Positions 10,014-19,525 of a stretch of 64,000 nt of DNA are shown piece after piece. Each line of letters opens with the position of its first letter. Within the stretch, counting starts at the first letter, position 1. The stretch comes from Candidatus Omnitrophota bacterium (GTDB lineage: Bacteria > Omnitrophota > Gorgyraeia > Zapsychrales > JBDRMG01). A program made the translations under genes and the position numbers. The DNA lies in contig JBDRMG010000064.1 in assembly GCA_043812495.1 (NCBI GenBank), positions 2,799 to 66,798 of the forward strand. Reading direction: 5' to 3'. The notes under the pieces were generated by a model that was not told the origin of the DNA, ran no database searches, and saw only the letters and a program-made list of their open reading frames with translations.

Positions 10014-10733
10014 TTAGAGGTTTTTGATAATGTCTTGTGCAAGTTTATAGCGCTCGGGCGTGCCGATATCGATAAAAGCCTCTTTGGTCTTAAAACCATA
10101 AAATTTCTTTCCGACAAGGGTCGGGAAGAATTCCGTCTCGATGGAAAAGGCATTTTTTTCCGGCATCAAATCAAAAATGTTTTTATTAAAACAGTAAATG
10201 CCGACCGAGGCAAACGGCGTTTGCGTCTGTGTGGCTTTCTCGCTAAAATTTGCGATCTCATCGTTTGGACCGAGGATGATGGAACCAAAATCTTTTTTCT
10301 CTTTGAGTTCGTGGACAGCCAAGGTCGCCAAGGCGTCTTTCTTAAGATGAAAATCAAGGAGTCTTGGATAGGGTAATCGGCAAAAACAATCACCATTGAG
10401 AACAAAAAATCGATCACTCACAATAAGCGGTTGAACGTTCTTAACAGCTCCTCCTGTGCCCAATGGCTCAATTTCTTTGGAAAATTCAATGGATAAAGAA
10501 GATTGCCTTTTCCTGCAGAACTCTTCAATCATGTCCGACTTGTAGCCGACTCCAAGAATCACTCGCCTAAATCCCTGGCGTTCCAAATACTCTAGAAGAA
10601 TTCCTAGAAAAGGCTGACCCTGAATATGCGCAAGGACTTTTGGGATGACAGGCACTTCGGGCCGCAATCTTTTTCCAAGCCCTCCGCAAAGAATGAAAAT
10701 ATCAAGCTGGGATAATATATTATGGTCTCTCAT
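10014..10733 (-). CDS. Sugar-1-phosphate nucleotidyltransferase (HddC-like)
   Basis: LCGGLGKRLR, PLGTGGA, VLNGD, FIDIGTPE; an HddA-like kinase is nearby. Confidence 0.85.
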   Translation of the reverse strand: MRDHNILSQLDIFILCGGLGKRLRPEVPVIPKVLAHIQGQPFLGILLEYLERQGFRRVILGVGYKSDMIEEFCRKRQSSLSIEFSKEIEPLGTGGAVKNVQPLIVSDRFFVLNGDCFCRLPYPRLLDFHLKKDALATLAVHELKEKKDFGSIILGPNDEIANFSEKATQTQTPFASVGIYCFNKNIFDLMPEKNAFSIETEFFPTLVGKKFYGFKTKEAFIDIGTPERYKLAQDIIKNL

Positions 10734-10862
10734 AAAGGAGTGTTGAAATTGCTTCGATTTGTGTTATGATATTTTTGCTTAATTTCTGAAACTGACTGAC
10801 TTTCTTGAAATTAAAGATCGTTTAAAGTATACAGGAAGCCGCTGCAATTTTGAAGCAAAAAA

Positions 10863-10983
10863 TATTCTACTTCGCATAATCAATAATAAAGATAGTATGT
10901 GCTTCGTAGAATATTTTCCTTTGAATAATTCTCCGAAGCCTATACCATTATGTTCAATTTATAAGGCGAAGGAGAATAAAAAG
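10863..10983. repeat. About 120-bp double-hairpin dispersed repeat (inverted copy at 33324-33443)
   Basis: Ungapped alignment to the reverse complement of 33324-33443, about 100/119 identical by eye. Confidence 0.85.
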
Positions 10984-11004
10984 CCTTCTGTCACAAGAGG
11001 TTCC

Positions 11005-12441
11005 ATGAAATTACTCCTGATTTTTCCTAACTGGTGCACATCTTTTGGTGTATTCAAGAATATCGCCAAGAAGGCCTCTTCTTTTCCTCCCTTGGGTCTC
11101 TGCTATATTGCAGCGATTGCCGAAAAATGCGGCTGGGAAGTGAAAATCATCGATGGGGAAATTGACAGCCTATCGATTCCCGATATCATTAAGCAAACCG
11201 CCAATTTTGACCCTGATCTCATCGGCCTGACCGCAACGACACCATTTTTTTATAATGTCGCCCATATCGCAAGAAATTTGAAGTCTCATTTTCCCACGCC
11301 CATTATTGTCGGCGGACCGCATCCCTCTTTGCTGCGCGAGAAAGCATTTCTTGATGTCTTTGATTATTTATTTATCGGCGAGGCCGAAAAAAACCTGCCG
11401 GACTTTTTGAAAAGCTTTGCTCAAGGCCGGGAGGGTCGCGGCATAGCGGGAATTATGCGCCGAGAAAATGGAAAAATTCATTATACAAGCGATCCTCCAA
11501 AAACAGAAAACCTCGATGAGATCCCCTGGCCGGCGCGTCACTTAATTCCCTATAAGAAATATTCCATCGGGACTCTTCAAGGGACAAAAAACTATACATC
11601 GCTTTTCATGAGCCGGGGATGTCCTTTTGATTGTGTTTTCTGCGCTAATGATCTTTACGGAAAACGCGTCCGCAGCCGGGCCGTCAAGGAAGTCATCCGG
11701 GAGATTAGCTACATCGTGCATGAGCTGGGCATCCCCCATATTTATTTTCTTGACGATACATTAACTCTGGACAGGCCTTATATTCTGAGTCTCTGTGAGG
11801 AAATTAAGAAGAATCGCCTCCGTTTTACATTTGAAGGAAGCACCCGGGCTAATCTCTGGGACGAAGAAATGGTCCGGCTGATGAAAGACTGTGGTCTGAT
11901 CCGTATCAGCTTTGGGCTTGAAACCGTCGATCAGCATGTACGAAAAATCATCAAGAAAAATGTTCCGATCCGCAGTTATATGGACGCCAATCGACTCAAT
12001 GAAAGATTAAATATCGAAACGATTAATTCTGTCATGCTGGGACTTCCGGGTGAAAATTTGGAACGTATTCAAAAGACCGTCAATTATTTGACAAAGGCCA
12101 AATTCATTCAGCACGCGACGTACGGCATCGCCATTCCTTATCCGGGGACAGAAATGTACCAGATGGCCAAGAATCAAGAGCATGGCTTGAAGCTAATCTC
12201 CGATGACTTTGAGGATTATCAGCGCTACGGCAAAGCGGTCATGGAAGTGGGCGGCCTGAAACCTCAGGATATCGTCTATCTTCAAAAAATCGGTTTGATC
12301 AAAATCTATGCGCGTTGGTGGCGCCTGTGGCCTATTATTAAACGCCACGGTTTAAAAGCTCTTTTTGTTCCGGTTGTGGATGCTTTTGTAACTGTTATTC
12401 AAACGCTGTGCAGCAAGTTTTCTGGGCATAAATCAAAGTAG
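11005..12441 (+). CDS. Cobalamin-binding radical SAM protein (class B methyltransferase-like)
   Basis: PPLGLCYIAA and VGGPHPS B12 domain; SRGCPFDCVFC; start set at MKLLLIFP after AAGAGG. Confidence 0.92.
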   Translation: MKLLLIFPNWCTSFGVFKNIAKKASSFPPLGLCYIAAIAEKCGWEVKIIDGEIDSLSIPDIIKQTANFDPDLIGLTATTPFFYNVAHIARNLKSHFPTPIIVGGPHPSLLREKAFLDVFDYLFIGEAEKNLPDFLKSFAQGREGRGIAGIMRRENGKIHYTSDPPKTENLDEIPWPARHLIPYKKYSIGTLQGTKNYTSLFMSRGCPFDCVFCANDLYGKRVRSRAVKEVIREISYIVHELGIPHIYFLDDTLTLDRPYILSLCEEIKKNRLRFTFEGSTRANLWDEEMVRLMKDCGLIRISFGLETVDQHVRKIIKKNVPIRSYMDANRLNERLNIETINSVMLGLPGENLERIQKTVNYLTKAKFIQHATYGIAIPYPGTEMYQMAKNQEHGLKLISDDFEDYQRYGKAVMEVGGLKPQDIVYLQKIGLIKIYARWWRLWPIIKRHGLKALFVPVVDAFVTVIQTLCSKFSGHKSK

Positions 12442-12451
12442 GAAGGGTTCC

Positions 12452-14212
12452 TTGATGAGAAATTTTGTGCAAAAAATATTCGCTCAGCTTTCCCTGGGTT
12501 TTCATGCCTTGATCAATCAGCAACCCCGACTCAGCGACAGCGTTATTCTTTCCATATTTGTTATCCTGATTACCCTCCAACCTTTTTATTTACACGGACA
12601 ACTCAATATTTTTGAATTTGGCATCTACCTTGGCGGTATCAATGAAATTCTAAGAGGGCATCTTCCCTATCTTGATGTATTCCATTTGCGCGGACCCTTA
12701 GAGCTTTACCCTCCCGCTTGGTTGATGATGATCTTCGGGAAAAATCTTTCTGTTTTAGCTACGTACTTTTATGTCTGTAACGTGTTGAGTCTTTTGATCT
12801 GCGTGTTGATCGCCAAAGAATTACTTCGCACGCGTCTTGCTCTTTATTTGCTTATTCCTGTTTTGGTCGGTCGGACATTCTTAAGGGTTGTATTCACATT
12901 TTGGGGCGGAATGCGCTTTGCGTCGGCTCTTTTGGTTGTTCTTGGTATTATTTATTGCTATAAGTTCAGAAAGCCGCTTTGGCTGTTGTTTTGCGGCCTG
13001 GCGACCGCGATAGCCTTGCTGATTAGCCTGGAGATGGGATTTGCCTGTGCTCTCAGCCTTCTCTCGACTTTTCTTTTTAGCCTTATCTTTCGCATCCAAA
13101 AACCCAAAACCGTGATGCGTCATCTGGGTCTCTGTATCGCCGGGGGAGCCATCATTATTCTTCCCTATTTTCTTTTTCTTCACTTTCATCAGGCTCTGAT
13201 GCCTTATATCCATGACGCTCTGAGCGTTGTATCGAATATGCCGAAGGCGATTCCGGTTCATTTTATAAGAAAAAACCCCCAAACTTTCTTCGAAGTGATT
13301 CGGGCCTTGCATCCGATGAGCGCAGATTACAAGTATATGACGCCCCTATTTTGCTTTCTGTTCTTGTCGGGTTATATTATTTATCGGTTAAAACAAAACA
13401 CAATTAAAGAAAACCAACTTGGCTTTATTGGCTTATCCGCTTTTGGGCTGGTCATGTATCAGCTGGCTTTTCGCAATTTTGAATCGGGCCAATTTGAAAT
13501 GGCCCTTCAGCCTGAGAAAATACTTCTTTTTATTATGCTCGAAGAGATTTTCTTGTGGGTTTGGAAGAAATGGCATGAGTTTTTCATATTCCTAAAAACA
13601 TCATCGGCCCCTCGCAGGATTCTTTACTTAAAAATCACGGGATTGAGCTTCTTGATTCTGGGTTTCTGCGCATCTTCGCTGGGCTACGCCTTGGCCCGTT
13701 TCAATAATCGGTTTATTACTTTTCACTATATGAAAGACTTCCTGACCGGCGGACAATCAAGAAACAAACTCATTCCTCTCTGGGGGGAAAATTCCGTTCG
13801 GTTAACCATTCCAACCATGAAAAATATCGTCGTTCCGGCCTTTCAAGCCCAGGATATTACCTCCGTTTATAAAACAATCCGAAAAAATACAGATCCTAAT
13901 GAGCCGGTTTTCTTCTTTCCTGAGCTGGCCAGTTATCATTTTATCGTCAACAGGCCTGCGATCGGGCGGTTTCCCATGGTGACATTTTCCTGGCTCAGAG
14001 AAGACTGGCAGCAACAGCTTATCGATGATTTGCAAAATGCACCGCCTCGTTTTGCCGTTATCCAAGTCGACCCGGGGGAATCATTTCCCCAATGCTATTT
14101 CAAGGTCCCGCGAAATAAAGAAAGCTATGACCGCATCTTAAGCTTTATCCACGATCACTACGAAGTCTTCCAGACAACGCCATCCTTGTTGATTTTCAGA
14201 AGAAAATCTTGA
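12452..14212 (+). CDS. Polytopic membrane protein, possibly a GT-C type glycosyltransferase
   Basis: Many TM segments, GHLPYLDVF..RGPL loop motif, soluble C-terminal domain. Confidence 0.6.
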   Translation: MMRNFVQKIFAQLSLGFHALINQQPRLSDSVILSIFVILITLQPFYLHGQLNIFEFGIYLGGINEILRGHLPYLDVFHLRGPLELYPPAWLMMIFGKNLSVLATYFYVCNVLSLLICVLIAKELLRTRLALYLLIPVLVGRTFLRVVFTFWGGMRFASALLVVLGIIYCYKFRKPLWLLFCGLATAIALLISLEMGFACALSLLSTFLFSLIFRIQKPKTVMRHLGLCIAGGAIIILPYFLFLHFHQALMPYIHDALSVVSNMPKAIPVHFIRKNPQTFFEVIRALHPMSADYKYMTPLFCFLFLSGYIIYRLKQNTIKENQLGFIGLSAFGLVMYQLAFRNFESGQFEMALQPEKILLFIMLEEIFLWVWKKWHEFFIFLKTSSAPRRILYLKITGLSFLILGFCASSLGYALARFNNRFITFHYMKDFLTGGQSRNKLIPLWGENSVRLTIPTMKNIVVPAFQAQDITSVYKTIRKNTDPNEPVFFFPELASYHFIVNRPAIGRFPMVTFSWLREDWQQQLIDDLQNAPPRFAVIQVDPGESFPQCYFKVPRNKESYDRILSFIHDHYEVFQTTPSLLIFRRKS

Positions 14213-14299
14213 TAGACAGGAACCAAGAAGAAATCAAGCGAATTTCTTCAGCTGAATTTGGCTCGATAGAATAGGTAGGGACATCCAGAGAGGGTAATC

Positions 14300-15298
14300 C
14301 TAAATGACTTTCCCGATATTTGGCTGGTAAAAAAGAATTTGTGTCCCAACATCTTCGAATCGAAAAGGGATCTCTAAGAATTTTTTTAATCGCTCTCTGA
14401 CCTTCTTTTGTTTCTTGGGATCACAATACAATAAAATAAATCCCCCGCCTCCCGCTCCCAGAAGCTTTCCGCCCATAGCGCCGGCCCTGCGGGCCGCCTG
14501 GTAAATCTCATCGATGCGGGGCGTGGTGACGCGATCGGACAATTCCCGTTTGATCATCCAACTTTCGTGAAGAAGTTTGCCGAAGTCGTCCAACCGGTCG
14601 CTTGTCAAGATTTTCATTGCCTGATGAGTCATTTGATACATGGTTTTAAGTTCTTTGCTTTTCTTTGGGATATTCTTGATTTGATGAAAGGCGATCTCCG
14701 ACGCATGCCGCGAAAATCCTGTAAAAAACAACATCAGGGATTTTTGTAAAGATTTTAATTTTCCCTCCGAAACAGTGATCTTTCGCATTTGAAAATCATC
14801 CTTGCCGCGGAATTCTATATAATTAAACCCGCCGAAAGACGCCAGGACCTGATCCTGGCAACCGACGACCTCTTGGCACATGTCCTGCTCCACATAAATC
14901 GCTTCTTGCGCCAGGCGTTCCTTGGTGGGCATCTCGCCTTTTAAGGCATAAAGAGCGTTCAGAATTCCGACGGTAAATGATGAACTTGACCCCAAACCCG
15001 TTCGTGCCGGAAGATCGCCATCATGATGAATCTCGACACCCTGGCGAATTTTAAGGAATCTTAGGACTTCTCGCACAGCCGGATGTTTGATTTCATCCAC
15101 GCTCTTGACGTGCTCAATCAGAGAGTAAGCGATTCTTGATTTATGTTCGAAAAAGGGCGGTAAATAACGGCAGGTAATATAACAGTATTTATCGATGGTG
15201 GTGGCCAAAACTGCCCCAGGATGGTCTTTGAACCAGGCCGGATAATCTGTTCCTCCTCCAAAGAAAGAAATGCGAAAGGGCGTTCGGCTGATAATCAT
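14300..15298 (-). CDS. hddA: D-glycero-alpha-D-manno-heptose 7-phosphate kinase-like GHMP kinase
   Basis: RTPFRISFFGGGTD, GLGSSS, GCQDQ, GGKLLGAGGGGF. Confidence 0.85.
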   Translation of the reverse strand: MIISRTPFRISFFGGGTDYPAWFKDHPGAVLATTIDKYCYITCRYLPPFFEHKSRIAYSLIEHVKSVDEIKHPAVREVLRFLKIRQGVEIHHDGDLPARTGLGSSSSFTVGILNALYALKGEMPTKERLAQEAIYVEQDMCQEVVGCQDQVLASFGGFNYIEFRGKDDFQMRKITVSEGKLKSLQKSLMLFFTGFSRHASEIAFHQIKNIPKKSKELKTMYQMTHQAMKILTSDRLDDFGKLLHESWMIKRELSDRVTTPRIDEIYQAARRAGAMGGKLLGAGGGGFILLYCDPKKQKKVRERLKKFLEIPFRFEDVGTQILFYQPNIGKVI

Positions 15299-16797
15299 GA
15301 TAGCGCTCCTGATTGATGAGTGGATAAAATTTTTCGTTCAATCTTATGTTTAAGCATTTCGCGGATATGCTCGACGGTTTCTTCTCCAAACTTTTCTTTG
15401 ATCATGGCCAGATAGCGCGGATCGCTGTAATATTTGACAAAAGCTTCGTCGCGAAAACGCAACACCTCGGCCGCCGAACAATGTTTGGTCGCTAAAGGCA
15501 GGGTCTCGGAACTGAATTGAGAAAATCCGATCCATCCTTCCGGCAAAGGAATGCCTTCTTCGAGCGCATCCTCATAAAGTTGTGACCCCGGGTACGCCAT
15601 GGTGGCATAAAAGTTGACATACTCACAATTCAGTTCCTGAGCCAAGTCGAGGGTCTCCTGCATGGTCTCCGAATCATCGTCGGGTAAGCCAAACATAAAA
15701 TTACCGATAATATAAATGCCGGCCTCGTGCGTCAACTGCATGGCTTTCTTGATCTGTTCGATATTAAAACGGCTTTTAGAGACTCCTTTGCGCACATTGG
15801 TGCTTGCCGCCTCAATGCCATAACACAACCAATTGACTCCGGCTTTTTTCAATTTTCGGAGAATCTCTTCATTGATCGTATCTACTCTGGCATAAGCCCA
15901 AATATTCAAATTGTAGTTGCGCTCGATCAATCGATCGCAAATGTCATAAAGCCGGTCTTTTTTAAGGACAAAAATTTCGTCGAGAAATTTGATATGTTTG
16001 ATTTTATGTGTCCGGACAAGATAGTCGATTTCTTCGATGGCCCGCTCGGGGCTGCGGAAGCGAATGCCCGGCCGCCCGCTATAGAGGGCATGAATATTGC
16101 AGTAACGGCAATTGTACGGGCATCCGAGGCTCGTATAAATGATCGCGTAGGAAGAGCGTTCCTTGAGATGCCCAAAACAATGCCAGTTATGGGCCCGGTA
16201 TTTGTCCATCGGTAAAAGATCCCAGGCCACAAAAGGCAGGCGATCAAGGTCAGAGACAACATCCGCCCAACCTCCGTCAACAACTTGTCCGTCGCATAAA
16301 TACCACAGGCCTTTGATGGAAAGACTTTTCGGATTTTTGTCCGCCTTTATGGCGCTCAATAATTCTGAAACAGGATAAAAGGCTTCCCCACGCGCCAGAT
16401 AATCCACCTGCTCTTCTTTCAATGTCCTTTCCGGTAAGGCCGAAGGATGGATGCCGTACAAAACGGTTTGGATAGCGGAATCTTTTTGTTTCAGAAGGGC
16501 TAAAACATTTTTCACGGCGATCATTTTAGGCGTGGAAGACGCCGAAGGATTCGCGCCGACCGCGCCGATCGCGACAAGACGCGGGTGATCGTGAAGGATT
16601 TGCTTAACGGTTTCTTCCGGCCCCCAGCCGAGCGCATCCGCATCAATGATCTTCACGCTAAAACCTTTTTCGCGCAAAAAACCGGCCAAAAGACCACCCC
16701 ATAAAGGCGGTTCGATTCCTGCCAGGGATTCGCCGAGCTTACCGTACATGTGTTTTTTGTTGCTGGGATTAACAACAATGACGTCGACGGAATTCAT
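15295..16797 (-). CDS. Cobalamin-binding radical SAM protein
   Basis: EPPLW, YGIHPSALP, SLGCPYNCRYC, FMFGLP, YPGSQLY. Confidence 0.92.
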   Translation of the reverse strand: MNSVDVIVVNPSNKKHMYGKLGESLAGIEPPLWGGLLAGFLREKGFSVKIIDADALGWGPEETVKQILHDHPRLVAIGAVGANPSASSTPKMIAVKNVLALLKQKDSAIQTVLYGIHPSALPERTLKEEQVDYLARGEAFYPVSELLSAIKADKNPKSLSIKGLWYLCDGQVVDGGWADVVSDLDRLPFVAWDLLPMDKYRAHNWHCFGHLKERSSYAIIYTSLGCPYNCRYCNIHALYSGRPGIRFRSPERAIEEIDYLVRTHKIKHIKFLDEIFVLKKDRLYDICDRLIERNYNLNIWAYARVDTINEEILRKLKKAGVNWLCYGIEAASTNVRKGVSKSRFNIEQIKKAMQLTHEAGIYIIGNFMFGLPDDDSETMQETLDLAQELNCEYVNFYATMAYPGSQLYEDALEEGIPLPEGWIGFSQFSSETLPLATKHCSAAEVLRFRDEAFVKYYSDPRYLAMIKEKFGEETVEHIREMLKHKIERKILSTHQSGALS

Positions 16798-16819
16798 GTT
16801 TTGTTTTCACCTTACGGGG

Positions 16820-17749
16820 TTATTTAAGAAAATCTTCCGCGGTCTTTATCACGCTTTTTGCGTCAATGCCGTAATATTCCCGGATAATGTCCCGGCCGCC
16901 GTATTCATAGCAATATCCTTTTTCATGAGAAAGCCCGATACGCTTAACGGGTTTCAAAATACCGTTATCTTCCAAGATTTCGCACACAGCGCTTCCGAAT
17001 CCCCCCGGTAAGAAATGTTCTTCCAGTGTGATGATTTTTTGCGCGTCTTTGATCAAATGAAGAAGGATCTCTTCGTTAATGGGAATCCGATAAACGTCAA
17101 TCACGCCGACGTCCATTCCCTTTTTCTTAAGCCCCTCGGCTGCCTCCAGGGCCACATGCGTCATGCTTCCGGTGGATAGGATAAACGAGCGTCCCGTTTT
17201 GAGCTGAGCAAGACCTTCGGAGAAATCCGTTAGCTCATTATACAGCGGCGGCAAAACCAAGCGGTCGAGCCGGACATAATTCGTCGTCGAAAGCGCGCAG
17301 CACATCTTGGCCACCTCGCGGGACATGAAGCTATCCGAAATGCTGTGAATGGCGATATTGGGCATCGAGCGCATAATCGCTATATCTTCTGTAATATGAT
17401 GCGTGGGGCCTGAATCTTCATAACCGAATCCGGCGCCAACGCCGACAATCGTAATGGGAATTTTCATTACAGCGTTATTGACGCGAATCTGCTCCAGGCA
17501 ACGCAACGTGATAAAAGGCGCAATCGCGTACGCAAAAACTTTCTTGCCCGTGAGGGCCAAACCGACCGAAACAAGAATACCGTTTTGCTCGGCGATACCG
17601 ACATTAACAAACTGGGAAGCTAAATCTTCTCTGAATTGGTCCAACGAGGGCGCGCCCATATCCGCTGAAACCACAACAATATCCTTATCGGTCTTGGCCA
17701 TTTCATACACTTGATTCCAAAAAGCATCTCTTTGCGTAATATTATTCAT
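16820..17749 (-). CDS. Transketolase, C-terminal (pyrimidine-binding) subunit
   Basis: NVGIAEQN, GPTHH, TLEEH..GGFGSAV; start at MNNITQ. Confidence 0.92.
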   Translation of the reverse strand: MNNITQRDAFWNQVYEMAKTDKDIVVVSADMGAPSLDQFREDLASQFVNVGIAEQNGILVSVGLALTGKKVFAYAIAPFITLRCLEQIRVNNAVMKIPITIVGVGAGFGYEDSGPTHHITEDIAIMRSMPNIAIHSISDSFMSREVAKMCCALSTTNYVRLDRLVLPPLYNELTDFSEGLAQLKTGRSFILSTGSMTHVALEAAEGLKKKGMDVGVIDVYRIPINEEILLHLIKDAQKIITLEEHFLPGGFGSAVCEILEDNGILKPVKRIGLSHEKGYCYEYGGRDIIREYYGIDAKSVIKTAEDFLK

Positions 17750-18578
17750 TGCTACACCTTCTTTCCAGCTCGCAGATGGCTTGCTTGGCTTCATCGCCTT
17801 TGGGGGCGATACCGTGGCAAATCGGCCGATAACAGAATGATTCGATTCCTTCGCCTTTGACGGTATCCGCGATGACAACCAAAGGTTTTGCTGATCGTCG
17901 GGAACGAACGCGCTTAAAAGCTTCGATGATCTCTTCCATCTTGTGCCCGTCAATACAAATCACGTCCCAGCCGAATGATTTCCATTTGTCGGCCATGGGT
18001 TCCAAGGCAATCAAATTTTCCGTGAAGTCGGTAACGCACAGAAAATTGCGATCCACAATAGCGACAAGATTATTCAATCGGTTGTGGGACGCAAACATAG
18101 CGGTTTCCCAAATCGAGCCTTCATAACATTCTCCGTCTCCTAAAAGCGTGCAGACAAGATAAAGTTCGCGGTTCATTTTGGCACCCAGCGCGATACCGGC
18201 GGCTGTTCCGAATCCTTGGCCCAGGGAGCCGGCTGTGATTTCAACACCAGGGACGCTATTTTGCAGATGCACGCCGAATTTTCCGTCTTTCTGGGCGAAT
18301 AAGTTCAAATCTCTTGTGCTGAAATAACCGCAATCCGCCAAGACGGCATAAAGAACGGGGCTGGCCTGACCTTTGCTTAAAATAAACCGGTCCCGTTCGG
18401 ACCACTCCGGTTTTTTCGGATCATGATTTAAAAGTCCCCCGTGATACAAGGCCACAAGAATATCCACGCAGGACATGGAGGATGTCACGTGACCCGTGCC
18501 GGCCTTGATGCACATATTCAATACGATTTTACGAATCTGCGAAGCTTTATTTTTTAGCTCGCCAATATCATCAGACAT
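17742..18578 (-). CDS. Transketolase, N-terminal (TPP-binding) subunit
   Basis: RDRFILSKG, GSLGQG, GDGECYEGSIWE, TVKG. Confidence 0.92.
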   Translation of the reverse strand: MSDDIGELKNKASQIRKIVLNMCIKAGTGHVTSSMSCVDILVALYHGGLLNHDPKKPEWSERDRFILSKGQASPVLYAVLADCGYFSTRDLNLFAQKDGKFGVHLQNSVPGVEITAGSLGQGFGTAAGIALGAKMNRELYLVCTLLGDGECYEGSIWETAMFASHNRLNNLVAIVDRNFLCVTDFTENLIALEPMADKWKSFGWDVICIDGHKMEEIIEAFKRVRSRRSAKPLVVIADTVKGEGIESFCYRPICHGIAPKGDEAKQAICELERRCSNE

Positions 18579-18592
18579 GCTTGACCCCCTTG

Positions 18593-19525
18593 TTAAACAT
18601 TTGCATATTGATTTCGTTTAATAATTTTATAACCCTTAACCAATTCCTTGATGCCGTCGGAAAGTGAACAATCGGGTTTGTATCCTGTTTTTTCAATTTT
18701 TTCGTTGCTAACGATATAGTCTCGTTTATCCGGATCCTCGCCGATCTTGGATTCGACAAAATAAAAGTCAGGAACATACTTTTTGATCTCTTCGCAAAGT
18801 TCCAGCTTGCTCAAATTGGCATCGCTCAAGCCCACATTATAAGGTTCGTTTTTCATTTTCTCAAAATTATTCAAAGCATGAATAAATGCCTTGGCCACAT
18901 CACGCACGTGAATATAATTTCGTTTAAAATGGGCTTCAAACAAGACAATATAGCGATCGTAAACCGCATGATAAACAAAATCATTGACCAGAAGATCCAA
19001 GCGCATGCGCGGGCTGATGCCAAAGGCGGTCGCCAATCTTAAAGTGATGGCGTTCCCGGATTCAAGCAGGGCATTCTCTGCTTCCGCTTTCCATTGACCG
19101 TAGGTTGAGACAGGTTTGAGGGGTGTTTCCTCGGTGCAAAACTTATCTTTCTGCCCGATCCCATAACCGCTATTGGTTGTCGGAAAAACAATCATTTGGT
19201 TTTTGCTGCGGCATTCCAGAATCAATTGGATGGCATCGAGATTAATACTTTTTGCGCCCCAGGGATCTTTATTGCACAAAGGCGCGCCTGTCAAGCAGGC
19301 TAAAGGGATAATCGCATCCTTGCCTTTTAAAAGGTCTTTAATCAAGGTCGATTGACGGGCATCCCCTCTTGTGATCGTTAAGCTTGGATTGTGGCAGCAA
19401 TCCAAAAGAGAGGATTGATTGTACATGAAGCTATCAAGAACCGAAACATGATGACCTTCCTGAAGTAATCTGGGAACTAAAACAGAACCGAGATATCCGG
19501 CTGCGCCGGTCACTAAAATATTCAT
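18593..19525 (-). CDS. NAD-dependent epimerase/dehydratase
   Basis: ILVTGAAGYLGS, YGQWK, RMRLDLLVN. Confidence 0.9.
   Translation of the reverse strand: MNILVTGAAGYLGSVLVPRLLQEGHHVSVLDSFMYNQSSLLDCCHNPSLTITRGDARQSTLIKDLLKGKDAIIPLACLTGAPLCNKDPWGAKSINLDAIQLILECRSKNQMIVFPTTNSGYGIGQKDKFCTEETPLKPVSTYGQWKAEAENALLESGNAITLRLATAFGISPRMRLDLLVNDFVYHAVYDRYIVLFEAHFKRNYIHVRDVAKAFIHALNNFEKMKNEPYNVGLSDANLSKLELCEEIKKYVPDFYFVESKIGEDPDKRDYIVSNEKIEKTGYKPDCSLSDGIKELVKGYKIIKRNQYANV

Noticed and set aside
10897-11004. N-terminal extension of the B12-rSAM, similar to the 33296-33523 ORF tail
   Set aside because: The similarity comes from the 120-bp DNA repeat, not from a protein domain.
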